Assembly: GCA_002633005.1 (NCBI GenBank)
Contig: NMRA01000022.1
Location: 555,715 to 619,714 of the forward strand
DNA length: 64,000 nucleotides
Reading direction: 5' to 3'
Source: Phoronis australis
Lineage: Eukaryota > Animalia > Phoronida
Positions 11,801 through 24,300 of the stretch are shown here, in pieces. Position numbers and translations under genes: made by a program. A model generated the notes under the pieces. That model was not told the DNA's origin. It was given only the letters and a program-made list of their open reading frames with translations, and ran no database searches. Numbering within the stretch: the first letter of the stretch is position 1; every line of letters starts with the position of its first letter.

Positions 11801-14800
11801 CTAGCCCAAGTGTTGTTAATGCAATATACCCTGTCTATTAGAGTTTTAATGAGACCAACTTTATAAACAAAGGATGTGAAGCTATGAAAATAAGTGTACA
11901 GTCCTGTGTAGGTCTTCTTATGAAATACTGATGTTATCACTGAGGTACCCTCACGCTCCACTAACACGTTCAGAAATGGCAAAATGTTATCGACCTCTAA
12001 TTCTATACTGAATTTCAAATTAGGATGCCTCGAGTTTAAATACACCAAAAATTCCTGGGCTGACTGCTGATTTTCAAATATACAAAACACATCATCTACA
12101 TATCGTCGATAGAAATAGATGTGAGGACCAGTGTACGTCTCAATCGATGTTTTCCCATGGTGACCTAAAAACATGCCAGCTAGTATGGGAGCCAAAGGTA
12201 AACCCATTGCTATACCATCAATTTGGTTAAAAACCTCCTCATTAAATACAAAATGGGTTTTGCTGGTAGCAAATTTGAATAGCTCCATGAGTTCAGCTCG
12301 AGTAATCTTTACACTGAGATTGTTTTTCATTATATGGTCAGTAGCCAAAGATATACATTCGTCCACAGGTAGGTTAGTAAACAAACTCGCAATGTCAAAA
12401 GAACCCATGAATCGATTCCTGAGAACTTGACCCCTACCCTCAGAAACAAAGGAGAATGTATCACCTACTGTGTAGTCCTCATTTATATAAGGTTTGAGTA
12501 GCTTACTATTAGGTACTTGGCAAGATTGTAATTGAAAGTATTCACAGATGACACAATAGGTCTAAATGGAGGGATGGAATCCTCTGTCTGTTTGTGTATT
12601 TTTGGTAGGCCATATAGTCTACCTGGCTGTGAACCTTGTGGATACAAACAGTTGTACGTTTCAGTATCTAAACGACCATCATTCTTAATTTTGCGTAAAA
12701 ACCTCTGCAGCTGTCCTTCTCTAGTTAGTATAGGATCTGCTTTGACACGTCTAAACTTCGATACATCACTCAAAATTTCATTCAAAGAATTGACATAATC
12801 ATTGCAATCTAAAATCGCACCATTTCCCTTAACGGATCTAATTATCACTAGGTTTTCGTTTCTTTGCAGTTCCTTGATCACCTTAAACTTTCTCAAATCA
12901 CTCCAAGATGGTCTGTGGGACGACACATATGTTACAACAAGTAATGAAGCACAGATACAGTCAGTTACAGGGAGTGACAATGAACTAGACCAACAATGAC
13001 AACCTGTGGTGTGTCAGTTGCCTATTGAGATTGCGCTTGCACCAACTGATGTGTAAAGCCTAGCTAGGTGGCCACTGTATTATCACTTCTGAGGATGGTA
13101 TTGAATAAATGACATCGGAACATGTCAAGTCTTAAAACTGTTGTTGTTTTCTTGATTATATGCTGCTACTTGCTATCATGGAGAAAAACATACACGCCAA
13201 TTTTCACAATCATCCTTTGAGCAGTTTGGTTGATAGAGGAATGGGCGCTAAAACAAGATCGAAAACTTACAGTAAAAATGACCCCTAGGTGGTGCAAAAT
13301 GCCTCGAATTCAACCGAAAACTAGATGATGGCATCACCTCACCAAATTTTTTGAAAATCCGTCGAAAACCTTTGAAGATCCAGAGGTAAACGTAAAAAAC
13401 TAAAATTACCACTTGGGGGCACACTGGTAGTAGGATCCGTCTCAAAGTCGTCGTCCCCTGTTGTCAACTTTATATAAATACACCACCAAAATTTAATAAA
13501 GCGTTTAGGAGATACAGTCATAGGCACAAAAACAAACAAAACTACCACTAGGAGTTGCCACAATAGTCGAACTCTGACGCCCTCTTCACAGTAGGAACAT
13601 ATATGCCAATTTTCAAAATCATCCCTAGAGCGGTTTAGTTGATAGAAGGATGGATGCCAAAAAACTGACTCGGAAACAGTAAAAATGGCCACTAGGTGGC
13701 GCAAAGTACCTTGAATCTGACTGGCATCATCATATCAATAGATGCATTACTGCCAAATTTTAGAAAAATCTATTGAGGACCTCCAATGATACAGAGGTAA
13801 GCGTAAAAACCTAAAATTGCCACTAGGAGGCACACTGGTAGTCGGAGAGGTCCGAAATTTGTCGTCAGGTACATAGGAACATATCTGTCAAATCTCATCG
13901 AGATCATGTGAGGGGTTTAGGAGATACAGCTGCGGACGCCAGACGCCCAGACAGAGATGACTGCAATATGTGACCACATATAAATATGTGGGTGCATAAA
14001 AATGAGAACGCACCAAAGTGCAATATTTCATGACAAGGAACTCCGAAGATATCGAGGCAAAGTGCCACTAGGGGACACAGTGGTGGTCGCATCCGTCTAA
14101 AAATTTGCTCAAGTCGTCCCATCCATGACAGGATCATAACCACAAAATTTCAAGAGGTTTTTAACATACAGCAGTGGACGCTAGACAAACAGGGATGACA
14201 GCAGAATGCATCCACGCACAGGCACACATACATGGGTTACGAAATTAAAAAAATGTTGAGAGTGAAAATGAGACATTTGAGTGCCTGTTTACAGTACAAG
14301 CCAAAACTATTCAGACAAAATGATCTGGAAATCCTCATCATGACTGGCTGAATTCATCATTGTAATCTTCTCTCACGGCCGAGAATGAACAAGAAAGTTC
14401 ATAAGATGGCTGACACATTCTGTAATTAGAATTTTACTGCCATAATAGTTCTTCCCAGTAATTTCTGGTGAGAACAGAATGAGCCGTCGTGACACGAAAA
14501 CTGCATTTTGTCCAATTACTTCTCTCTTATACTGTAGTTCACACACTCAACAAGAGAAACACATGAAATATGTAAAAAACTAAAACTGCTCAAGGTGACA
14601 CAGTGGTGGTCAGATACGTCCAACAGTTGTCGTCATCCGTTGTCATGTACATGCTCGCAAAATTTGACAAAGATCTTGCAAGAAATTACGAGAAACAAGT
14701 GAGGATGCAAAAAAAAACAACTGCCAATAAGGCGCATTACCACAAAAATCAAAGCTGTCTAAAAATGCTTTTCCCAGTAGGAACAAGGATATCCAGTTTC

Positions 14801-16054
14801 ATAACAATTCTTAGAGTGGTCTGGCTGACACAGAGCTGGACACCAAAAACAATCTGGACAGTAATAAATAGTGCCCATCCATGCAAAACAACATGAACAT
14901 ACGTCTAGGGATTTTAGAGCTACAGCAGCGGAAGACAGATAGGATAACAGCATAATTTGTGGGCGCATAAAAACAAGAACAATAAAAACTATGAATTTTC
15001 ACATGGTGTAGATATTTACCAGCTACAAGAAGACTACCCAAAGCCACCAGAAACAATTGGCTGACGTCAATATCGAACTTGTCCATGAAGTAGTCCAACA
15101 GATAGACAGCCAAGTGATGGGCAGTGCGACACACTTTGAACTTGTCACAGATGATGGCCAACCAGTCCACAATATAGCGGCGTAGTTGTAGCTGGGGTGA
15201 CTGGGATAGATAGGGCAGGAGTGTGTTCTCTTTCCTGTAATTAAGGATTTAGTATTAAACATTGCCTCAGTCTTCGGCTACAGTAATTTAAGGTTATGTA
15301 CTGTACGACGCTACAAAAATGTCCAGAACATCCTATCTCAGAAAGTGCGAATTGAATTCAACTGACACTTTCCAATATTATTGCTTTACGCACTAATCTC
15401 CAAAACTTTCTTGGAATTGTTTCTAAATTTTTCATTTTTTCTTTAGAACGAATGTTAGATTGGTATAAAGACAAAAGTTAAATTCTACAAGCTCACTACT
15501 GTGAGAAAAAGTATACCTTACTGGGTTAAAAATATAGTTTTGTAAGTATACAACTAAATAAACACACTTGCTGTTAACGTCCTAGATAACCTTAAAGGGG
15601 CATTTCGTTGCTGTTTAGAGGTCAACGCTGCAGCACACTCACCTGATGTTGAATTACTGCCAAATGAGATGTCAACTCAAGCCACAGGCAATGCGTACAA
15701 GCACCATTTTTGAATCTGCAATTTTTGGGTTGGCATACACAAATTACACTCTGAAGGGTTTTCACTAGTCCGTGATGGTTTCCATGCTCTTATAATTAAC
15801 ATGAGACTGATTTTATGAATAAAAGGCCTAATTCGATTTTTGTGAGCTATGTAAACAAAGCGAAATGCAGCCTTAAGATTGGAACAAGACTAATTCGGGT
15901 GATACTGATCAGTTTTGTCTCCTTCATAAAGGGACTTTCAAATGTCCCGTCAATTCCAGTGGATTTCTTTTTCAAATGTACAAGGTGACCTTCTCAATGT
16001 CTCATGGATATCTTCAGCTAATGGATTCCTCCACCACTCCGTTTCTGTTTCCAT
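8878..16054 (-). CDS. CCNJ: Cyclin J, first three coding exons (remainder not found in window)
   Basis: Exons 16054-15990 (METETEWWRNPLAEDIHETLR), 15234-15020 (KENTLLPYLSQSPQLQLRRYIVDWLAIICDKFKVCRTAHHLAVYLLDYFMDKFDIDVSQLFLVALGSLLVA), 9009-8878 (KFEEKEVTIPK...QMELQLCIAFKWQI); phases compatible; matches cyclin J N-terminus and cyclin box (WW..LA.DIH..LR, HLAVYLLD.FMD, KFEEKE). Confidence 0.92.
9470..10070 (+). repeat. Older, degenerate fragment of the HINE monomer array
   Basis: Diverged copies of monomer motifs (tgccaaatttcattaagatcc, ttgccacaagatggcatc, tgccaattttcataattatcctt). Confidence 0.6.
11380..11427 (-). ncRNA. Minimal type I hammerhead ribozyme (core intact) in pseudo-LTR
   Basis: Minus strand: GACTT CTGAGGA T GGTGTT gaataaat GACACC GAAA CATGTC AAGTC. 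Stem I GACTT/AAGTC, CUGANGA box, 6-bp stem II, GAAA box, palindromic ACAUGU stem III, GUC cleavage triplet. Confidence 0.85.
11593..12915 (-). pseudogene. Penelope-type reverse transcriptase, frameshifted, GIY-YIG endonuclease absent
   Basis: Motifs LYGLPKIHK, FRPIVS, SFDIASLFTNLP, GIAMGLPLAP, YRRYVDD, LPFLNV, SVFHKKT, L.KNGYP; split over two frames near 12500; stops at 11593 just after the thumb region. Confidence 0.92.
13084..13131 (+). ncRNA. Second hammerhead copy, mutated
   Basis: cACTT CTGAGGA T GGTaTT gaataaat GACAtC GgAA CATGTC AAGTC: GAAA box changed to GGAA plus stem I and II substitutions. Confidence 0.75.
14020..14975 (+). repeat. Two short HINE-related fragments (14020-14250, 14548-14975)
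   Basis: gtgccactaggggacac monomer motif, aacaagag start at ~14549, gtgggcgcataaaaa end at ~14960. Confidence 0.55.
15292..15591. mobile_element. TTAA-flanked MITE (Kolobok-like), family 1
   Basis: ttaa-ggttatgta ... tagataacc-ttaa; internal similarity to 60137-60584. Confidence 0.6.
15596..15872. mobile_element. TTAA-flanked MITE (Kolobok-like), family 2
   Basis: Imperfect TIRs aggggcatttcgttgctgttta / taaacaaagcgaaatgcagcc, TTAA on both sides (15592-15595, 15873-15876). Confidence 0.6.
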
Positions 16055-17989
16055 GGTGACGTCAAAAGAGAAGAGTGCAGGAATAATCAAACATATCTGA
16101 AATGAAAAACACAGATTTTAGATAAATCAGGAAAACCCCTGGGTTTATTTCTCGAACGGACAATTAGCTTCTATCTTTTAACTTTAGCCGAAAGCCAGAA
16201 ATCTGACTATGAATAGCCAAAACTTGGTTTGCTGTCCTTTGCATTTCTCAAAACATTCTGTCCTCTTTTTAGTCAAACAGACAACAGATTTCTGTCCTTT
16301 GACTTTGAGTTGCAGACAGATTTTCTGTTTAAAGAGGCATGGAATGCGAAAGCTCATCAAAAATATCTTGTAAACAACTCCTGAAAGAAGTACCATCTCG
16401 CAACGTATACTACAGAGTTATTCACTTTCCCTGTGAGAAAATTTCCAAAAAAAAATCACCACTTTTGAAATACAAGTGAAGGAAAAACTACAGTCACCAC
16501 AGAGTTTCTAATCTCCCTCCCACTTAGATAAATGTGTGCATGCACTCACAGTCATTAGAAAAACAGCTGTAATCACACTCTGAATCTGAGGTCCACAGCA
16601 CGTCAGTGAAGCAATTTTCAAAAATAATTCCAAGTGCACTTTAGAATATATTTCAATACCATGATACCTTTATAACTAATTTTACACAGCTAGGACTTGC
16701 ATCAATTACCTCTAAATCACACAGGTTACTTGAAATTGCCATTGTTTTGTTTATACCAAAGGTCACATCTACATATAATGGAAATGCACTACGTCTATGT
16801 CTTGCCATACCAAATAAGGAGACGCACTTTGCCTTATGGGAGAAAAATCGACGAAGTGACGAGCAGTTGACAGATCATTTTTTTTAATTTGAAACTAAAA
16901 GAAATGTGCTTCGACACCAACAGAAATTCAAAATCTTTACGAACAAACTGGAAAAATATCAGGTGAGCAGGCTCAATTCTGTTTCAGTGACAGAGAACCA
17001 CACTGAATACTGTAACGTAATTTAGACTGTTTTTCGGGTTCTAGGACTCTTTAATAAAATGGCTATTACCTTGGGATATCCCATTTTACTCTAGTGTCAA
17101 ACGTCAGTGTAAAGGAAGGGAAAAATCTTTAATGTCTTTGTAGATCAATTGATCTATCGCTTCTCTTTTTCGCCGCACGAAACTAGTCGATTTTATAACA
17201 CAACTTTAAAAATAATCATGCCCATTAACCAGAAAAAAACAGACCAAACTGTACATGAGTGCATACTAATGGGGATTTCCAGGTGCACTTTTGCCAGCTG
17301 GGAAGTCACCCACTGCTGGAGTATCTGTCATTCTGTTGGTATTTTCTAATCAATATCTGACTTTCACAACTTTCTCCATGTGGAGCAGCCATGTTTGTAC
17401 AGTTAATTATGCTCGACTATTTTTCAACATCAGAAACCTGACCCGTTTCATGGCACCTTGTACCGTTTGCCAACAGATAAGTGCAAGATCCACTGTGATT
17501 AAGAAGCCTGTTTATCAGAAACGCTAAACATAAAACGAGAATATATTGAGTGTGGTCGCATGACAAGAGAAGAAAATGCCGATCATAAAAACAAATTCTG
17601 TTTTTTCTAGATACAGGCCACCAATTTTAAAATCACCACCATTGCTAAAAACATCAGCGTTCCGTTAGATTTGACAATAACAATGACATAATCAGTTAAG
17701 AATGAGCATTTCCTGGCACTGACAGCTCTGTAAAATTTTTATGTGCCCTAACAATCCCATAATGCACTGCACGTAACCCACACTAAATTATCTAAAAAAG
17801 GACTCTGATACCATGGATAATCGATATACGATATACGGATAAAGTGATATGCTTACACTGAGTCACTGAACTAGTCAAGCTCAGCCTCACTCAGCTGACA
17901 CTGATTCGCGTCATTGAGTGCAGACATTTAAATTGCCCAGACCCCAGGCACAGAGATATTTTTAATTTTTAAAAAGACTGAACAACTAC

Positions 17990-18359
17990 TCTCACTACCT
18001 CAAACACTCACAATAACCAAACTACATTTCTACGTCCCCTAATTTCCCATGTTGTAAACTTTTTGTTTCTCTGGCTGAACCACACAACCTTCACCACAAC
18101 CATAAAAATCACCAAATGACGTAATATGTTATTCGCCATCTAGCGGACCTTACTTGAAGTATAGATACTTTCGCTAATTTTTATTGGAAACTTTCGTTTG
18201 GCTACTTTTCGGGACACTGGCCTGAATTATTATCGTTTAAAAGCTTTAATTGATAGTTATTTATCCAAGTTTACATTTACCATATATGGGCAAAGAACTC
18301 CGTCATGCGTCCTTACTCACTTCCGTTTCCTAGCAGACCGGTGAAGAAGTTGATTGAAA
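17990..18359. promoter_or_regulatory. Putative bidirectional promoter CCNJ/WDR1
   Basis: WDR1 ATG at 18360; cyclin J ATG exon has an acceptor at 16097-16099 and a candidate upstream donor (minus gag/gtagtg) near 17998; motifs tgacgtaa (CRE-like, 18117), cgccatctagcgg (YY1/CTCF-like, 18134), cacttccg (ETS, 18318). Confidence 0.55.
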
Positions 18360-21300
18360 ATGGACAAGGAACCAACGTTGCCGTATTCTCTCAGTAAGTT
18401 TTGAGCGATATTGAAACATTTGAGGTTGAGAGTGCGTATAGTTTCCACGCGTGTTTGTGAACAAGTTGTAGAACTCGTACATTGTCATTTTTTGTGACAG
18501 GAATAGAGACACAATGAATGAATGGGCGGGACTGGCACACAAGTTTTTCGACTTCCTATGTCTCCGTACATTAGCCATTACCTTTTGAAACTACTGTTCT
18601 TTGGTCAATACTTACTTTTGTGATCCCTGACTTTAGGAACCAGTGTTATCCGCATAATAAGAGGTGTTATATAGTAATTTCATGGTTCTGTTGTTATTGT
18701 CAACATCATTCGGCCAGACCTTGTCCTTGTCACTGTGCTGTCCTGTGATTGAGTGTGATTCGTCTGTGTGATAGTTTGCGGGATGGCACCTTCATAAACA
18801 CATTGTGCCTGTCAAATCTGGACCCTGGTGGAAGCTGGTTGTTTATGCTTTCAGCTGTAAGTAATCTCTGTGAGGCTAACTGCCATAGCTATAGCCTTGG
18901 TGCAAAGCTGTATACTAATTACTAAATATACAGCTTTGTGCCAATTTGGGTAAAAAAATGGCCAGGTAAAATCTGACACAAAATTAGTGTCATTAAAAAC
19001 TACAGTTGGATGTGGTGGTCCCATTTTAAACCATCTTGTCTTATTCAATTTTTAACCTGGAATCATAATGTTAACATTCACATGTTCACAAGATGTATGG
19101 AAATTGTTCTGTGGTGTACGTTTTTGCCATACCTCCACTGTTTTTTAAATAAGTGTCTTTGAAGTTAGATTTTTTGTTGACCAATCTGCAGGCTGTAACC
19201 CGTAACCATTCAGTAAAGTCATCAAGATGACACTGTCTCTCTTAAGCTTGAAGCCAACCTGTTGCTGCCTTTAATGAGTCTCCAGTAACTGTTAATATCA
19301 GAGGTCACTTAGCAATAGCAAATCATACTGAAATGCCTCTAACAGCACTAAAGCCCGGCCTGAGTACCGTAATTAGAATCTGAGAGTTTGAATGAAGGAA
19401 ATCAGTTAGAGCTTGATAAATAATCCCTCAAATAGAATAGGGCCTCTTGCACTCAAAGAAATGGAAAATTGAGAGGTGGTAAAATTCACAGAAGCTGGGG
19501 TTGGGGTTCTATTGGAAAGCTCACTGGGAGGTGGCAAAATTTCCAGAAGCTGGGGGGAGGGTTGTGTTAGAAGGTTCTCACCAGTTTGTTTTGTCCATAA
19601 CCTTTGACATTGTTATTGTTCAGCACTGCGCTACTACGCCCATATATGGTAATATGTGAATCAGGACAAATGAACAAGGTGCTGAGAAACAAATGTTTGG
19701 AGTTGTTAGGAACAAATGCTAAAATTAATACTACATCTGACAAAGCGTTTCATAGTTTGTAGAATTTTCTCAAAATTAACAGGAAAGTCAAAGTTTGTTG
19801 TACATAATCACATTATGCATGCAATGTGGCATAGCCATATCGTGTATCATTAGCATTTCATAATTGTGCAACTTGTAACTACTTAAACATTTCGTGGTGT
19901 TATCTCTAAATTAGATTACTGACAGACTGCTATGAGAACAAATTAAAGTAATCTCATTTAATATTCCTGCTATGAGAACAAATTAAAGTAATCTCATTTA
20001 GTATTCCTGATAAACATCAAAGCGTCTTACTCAGTTTTGAAGTCAACTTCTCAAAGTTATTAGCTTTGAAAGGCACAATGAAACAACAAAGTCCACGAGT
20101 GTGTTTTTTGTGGTTTTTCTAATTGCCAATTCTCTCTTGTGGCTGTCCTCCATTCACATTATGCCCTGGTACAATGCTTCCTAGCACTTTCTTGTGGCTG
20201 TCCTCCATTCACATTATGCCCTGGTACAATGCTTCCTAGCACTTTCTTGTGGCTGTCCTCCATTCACATTATGCCCTGGTACAATGCTTCCTAGCACTTT
20301 CTGGACTTACTTAGAATTATTTACATTATATTTATTGTAATAATCATTTAAAAAACCATTCGTGTAGATTGAGGCCGGGGACTATGTAGTGAAAACATGT
20401 TTATAATGCTCTGTGCAGGGTTTAGCTCCATTGGTAGAGTGCCCGACTGTGACCTCAGAGGTCACATTAGTTGCAATCCACCGAAGGAATGATTAAAAGA
20501 AAATGCTCTCTTGTCAATTCTGTTACTTTAACAATCATTGGTGCATATAGAGATAGACAGGCTAATAACAAATTTTGTTATTCATAAGTACGGTAGACTC
20601 TCACTAATTTAGGACATAATATAGGAAACAAGTGAAATTTACTTTTTTAATTTTTTTTAATAAAAGATGAGTAGCACCAAATAAATGGTACGTCATTTTT
20701 AAGTTCTATGGCATGCCTATATTCAGACGATGTTTCTCAATAATTGTGGACATTTACAATGTTATAAGCTTTTGACTGTCTACTGCTGTTGTCTGAAACT
20801 GGTGAGATTTTTCATGACTTTTGAAACTGTATTCTTGCCTGGGGTTATTTTTATCAGAAAGTGCCCCTAACAAAATGTTTTAGCAGATTCCCTAAGTATC
20901 CTTTGTGACTTGGTAATTTATTAGAGGTTACCATTCCTTCCAGAGTATGTATTCCCGTCACTGCCCCGCACTCAGCGTGGTATGCCCATCGTGATTGGTG
21001 GAGATCCCAAAGGCAAGAACTACTTGTACACGAACAACAACAGTGTCTTCATCAGAAGTCTCACTGTAAGTCATTTTTACTGTGATCGTAAAGTTATCGT
21101 CAACCTTTGTGGATTTTTTTCAAGATACATTATTCAAAAATTTTATTAGATTATGTCAACTAACTTCATGTACCAAGTTCTATATCATGTCTGTGTATTA
21201 CAGGATATCACCCAATGTGACATCTACACTGAACACAGCTGCCCTGTCAACTGTGCCAAGTATTCGCCCAGTGGATTCTATATTGCATCTGGAGGTATGC

Positions 21301-24300
21301 ATGGTGCTAATACTTGGAAATTTGTCTATGTTGTCAGACAATACCTAGATTATATTGCATTGTAGGTCATTGTTGGCCTATCTGCAGGTTGTATTCTAAA
21401 GAATCTACTGAACTGCTATCAATTTTCATTGTTAGCAAGAGAAAGGCAGTTATTTCATGCATTGTATCTATTGCCTCATAGAGAGTTTTTAAAGATTTTG
21501 AATCTTGTTTTCTTCAAACTTTATTTCACTCTGTTTAGGTGGCTAAAAACTAACTTTAAATGATGTCATTTATTCTCATAAAGTTAGTGTCATAATATTC
21601 CTTGCTGTGAACTGATATTTCCATTAACAACAAGGATGTCAAAATCATCAGCGACTCGAGAACACCTTTCAAAGTTTATTGGAGTTGGCCAACCCTAAAA
21701 TTGCAAATTCGAAGATAGCACATGTATGCAAGGAATATTATGAAACTGTTTTTATGAGAGCAAAAGAACTAATTCGAGTTTATTTTTTTAGCCAGATAAG
21801 CAGGTCCGAAATTTAGCTTTAAGTCATTCTTATTAAAGAATTCTCATAAGACAATATGATTTAAAATCTGAAATCCTCGAAACGCAAATTTTTTTACATT
21901 TTTGTCCTGCTTATGATAAGCATTCCTTACTGGTGGTTGTGTGTTGTAATCATGAAATCAGTAAACGTGTGCTACGAACTGGGGTGTCTTCATTGAGACA
22001 CAGTCATACGTGGGTGAAAGCTAGGGACCTGCGGTTTTAGAAGTGAGCCATCCAGTCGAACTTCCATAAACCAACAGATGCGGGTATTTTCATGGATTTC
22101 TTTTCAGTGACATGGTTTTGACGGACAGTAGCGAGCACCCCATTACTGTTACTTTCCTTTTGGTAGACTACAATGGGGTCTCCATTACTTGGATAGACAA
22201 TAACGGACACTCCAAGACTTTACTATGGTATAGATGATGACAGACAATACTAGACACTCCAATACTGTGACATAGATGATGACAGACAATAACAGGCACT
22301 CCACTACTGTAGCATTTCCCTGATGATGGTAATGGCCAATAAAGAACACTCTAATGCTGTGGTATTTTCCTAATGATGACAGACAATAACAGCCTCCCAA
22401 TATTGTTGTGATTACCTCATAACAGTTTGTAACTCATCCTAGTGCCGCTGCATTTTCCTAATGGTAGACTAGACAAGGTACCTCAGCACTGGTATATCTA
22501 TGTACTGTTACAACACCCTAGTTTATTATACTTTCTCATCACAGACAATAGTGGCAAGATCCGCATCTGGGACACTGTGAACAAGGAGCACATATTGAAG
22601 AACGAGTACCAGCCCCTAGGCAAGGGGATCAAGGACATTGCCTGGTCTGCTGACAATCAGAGGATTGTGGTCGGAGGTGACGGCAGGGAAAAGTAAGTTG
22701 TTTTGTGGCATAGCGCCATCTACAAATGGGCCAACTACTACTGTGTCCATGAGATCTGAATTTTGCTTCTTAAAAGATGTGTTGATGTTTGTGATGTATT
22801 TTTGTCATAGATGTTTTAAACTACATTTTTTTTTCAATTAGTACAGTTTTGCTGAGTTAATTTAATAAAGGATTTTTACCAGTGAGTTCTCTTTTACTTT
22901 CTGGCAATACTTTTGGTCATGGTTTATCAAATAGGTTAAGACCGCTGAAAATTGTATTATAGTTGGAAGAGAAGCTTGGTATTCTCTAAGCTGCACTGTT
23001 GAAACAGGACTTCACTCTCTTGTATTCAGGTAGTCTCATGGGGCCCCTTAAGGTTATGTAGGACCTTAGTGACAGTCTTTCATTCAGTTACATATCTAGC
23101 AAAATAAACAGATTAGCTGTGTGAAGTATTCAAGGTCAAAAGAGCATAGCTTGTCTGGTCTATTTCCCAATGCATTTTGTCACTTGCGCTCACCAACTAA
23201 ATAAAAGAAAATGCCCGCTTGCATCAATTTTAGTCAAGATCTTGCGCACAGGCATGTAAGCAAGATTTGAAATGCGATGATTTGTCTTGATGCACCATGG
23301 GCGCATGTCATTGCCCCAGGGTTGCTCTTGTTCTTTTTTATGAAAATAATGATGGTGATATTTTTAGTAGTCAGTGATGCAATAGCAGACCAATAAGTAC
23401 ATTTAGCAAGAGTATTATGGAGAACTTCTGAATTCAAGAGTCATCTTTGAGGCATGATGTTCCCATGTTTGGCAAATATGGACACAGCTTTAGAGTCCTA
23501 CATAGTTTTAGTGTCCTACAATGGCCCTATCTAGCCCTATCCAGCCCTATCCAGCCCTATCCAGCCCTATCCAGCCCTATCCAGCCCTATCCAGCCCTAT
23601 CTAGCCCTATCTAGCCCTATCTAGCTTTTTGTTCTCGCTCTATTCACATAACCAACTTTCAGTGTCTTCTTGTCCTCCAACAGGTGAACTGTCGCCTGTT
23701 ATTTGCTGCTAATCAAGTACAAACAGCAGTGGCCCTAATGTGTTGTTCATTTCTAACAGATATAGTCATGTGTTCCTGGCTGATTCCGGTACATCCAACG
23801 GTGAAGTCACTGGTCACACCAAACAAGTGAACTCGGTTGACTTCAAGTCATCACGGCCATTTCGCATAGCTGTGGCTTCTGAAGACCAGACAGCTAGCTT
23901 TCACTCGGGTCCTCCCTTCAAATTCACCAAAACCTTGACGGTAATGGACAAAATGGATATCTTACCATAAGTTTGTTCCTTGATGGATGTTTATCAAATT
24001 TGGCTAATAAGTTATTGTCACTGAGACTTGCCTTGTTTCTGATGGATTTGATTGTTCCTAACAAGTTGAGCACAACCGATATTGACATTTGAATGGATAT
24101 GAGTGTGGTGGAAGTATTTCAGACATGAGGACTCCTCATATGGACGCAAATAAATTCTCTTGTTATTACTTTAGATGTCTGTTTTTTGTCATTCACTTCC
24201 CGGTCAGCCAAAGTGCTCAATGGATCATTATGGATATTGGCAAGTGTGCTCCTACTGACATGAGCATTGTTGGCGTTGATTTTAGGGCCATTGCGTCTAA

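Larger units (their letters stand above)
11355..13183 (-). mobile_element. Penelope-like retroelement, truncated and rearranged, with pseudo-LTRs
   Basis: 11-bp flanking duplication aaaaacataca (11344-11354, 13184-13194); ~100-bp inverted terminal repeats (11356-11453 vs 13058-13155); ~127-bp direct repeat (11458-11584 vs 12935-13061); PLE-type RT inside. Confidence 0.9.
10076..14002 (+). mobile_element. Second HINE-type element, interrupted by a Penelope-like insertion
   Basis: Starts gacaagagcaacgcggagcattgaaatgtgcccat; ~14 monomers; 3' hairpin ccacatataaatatgtgg at 13974-13991 followed by gtgcataaaaa. Confidence 0.72.

Noticed and set aside
13339-13704. 121-aa ORF and other short ORFs within the monomer arrays
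   Set aside because: Chance frames in non-coding repeats; not preserved between units.
20415-20490. Functional tRNA gene (also 37915-38012)
   Set aside because: A/B boxes present but stems do not form a full cloverleaf; SINE-like.
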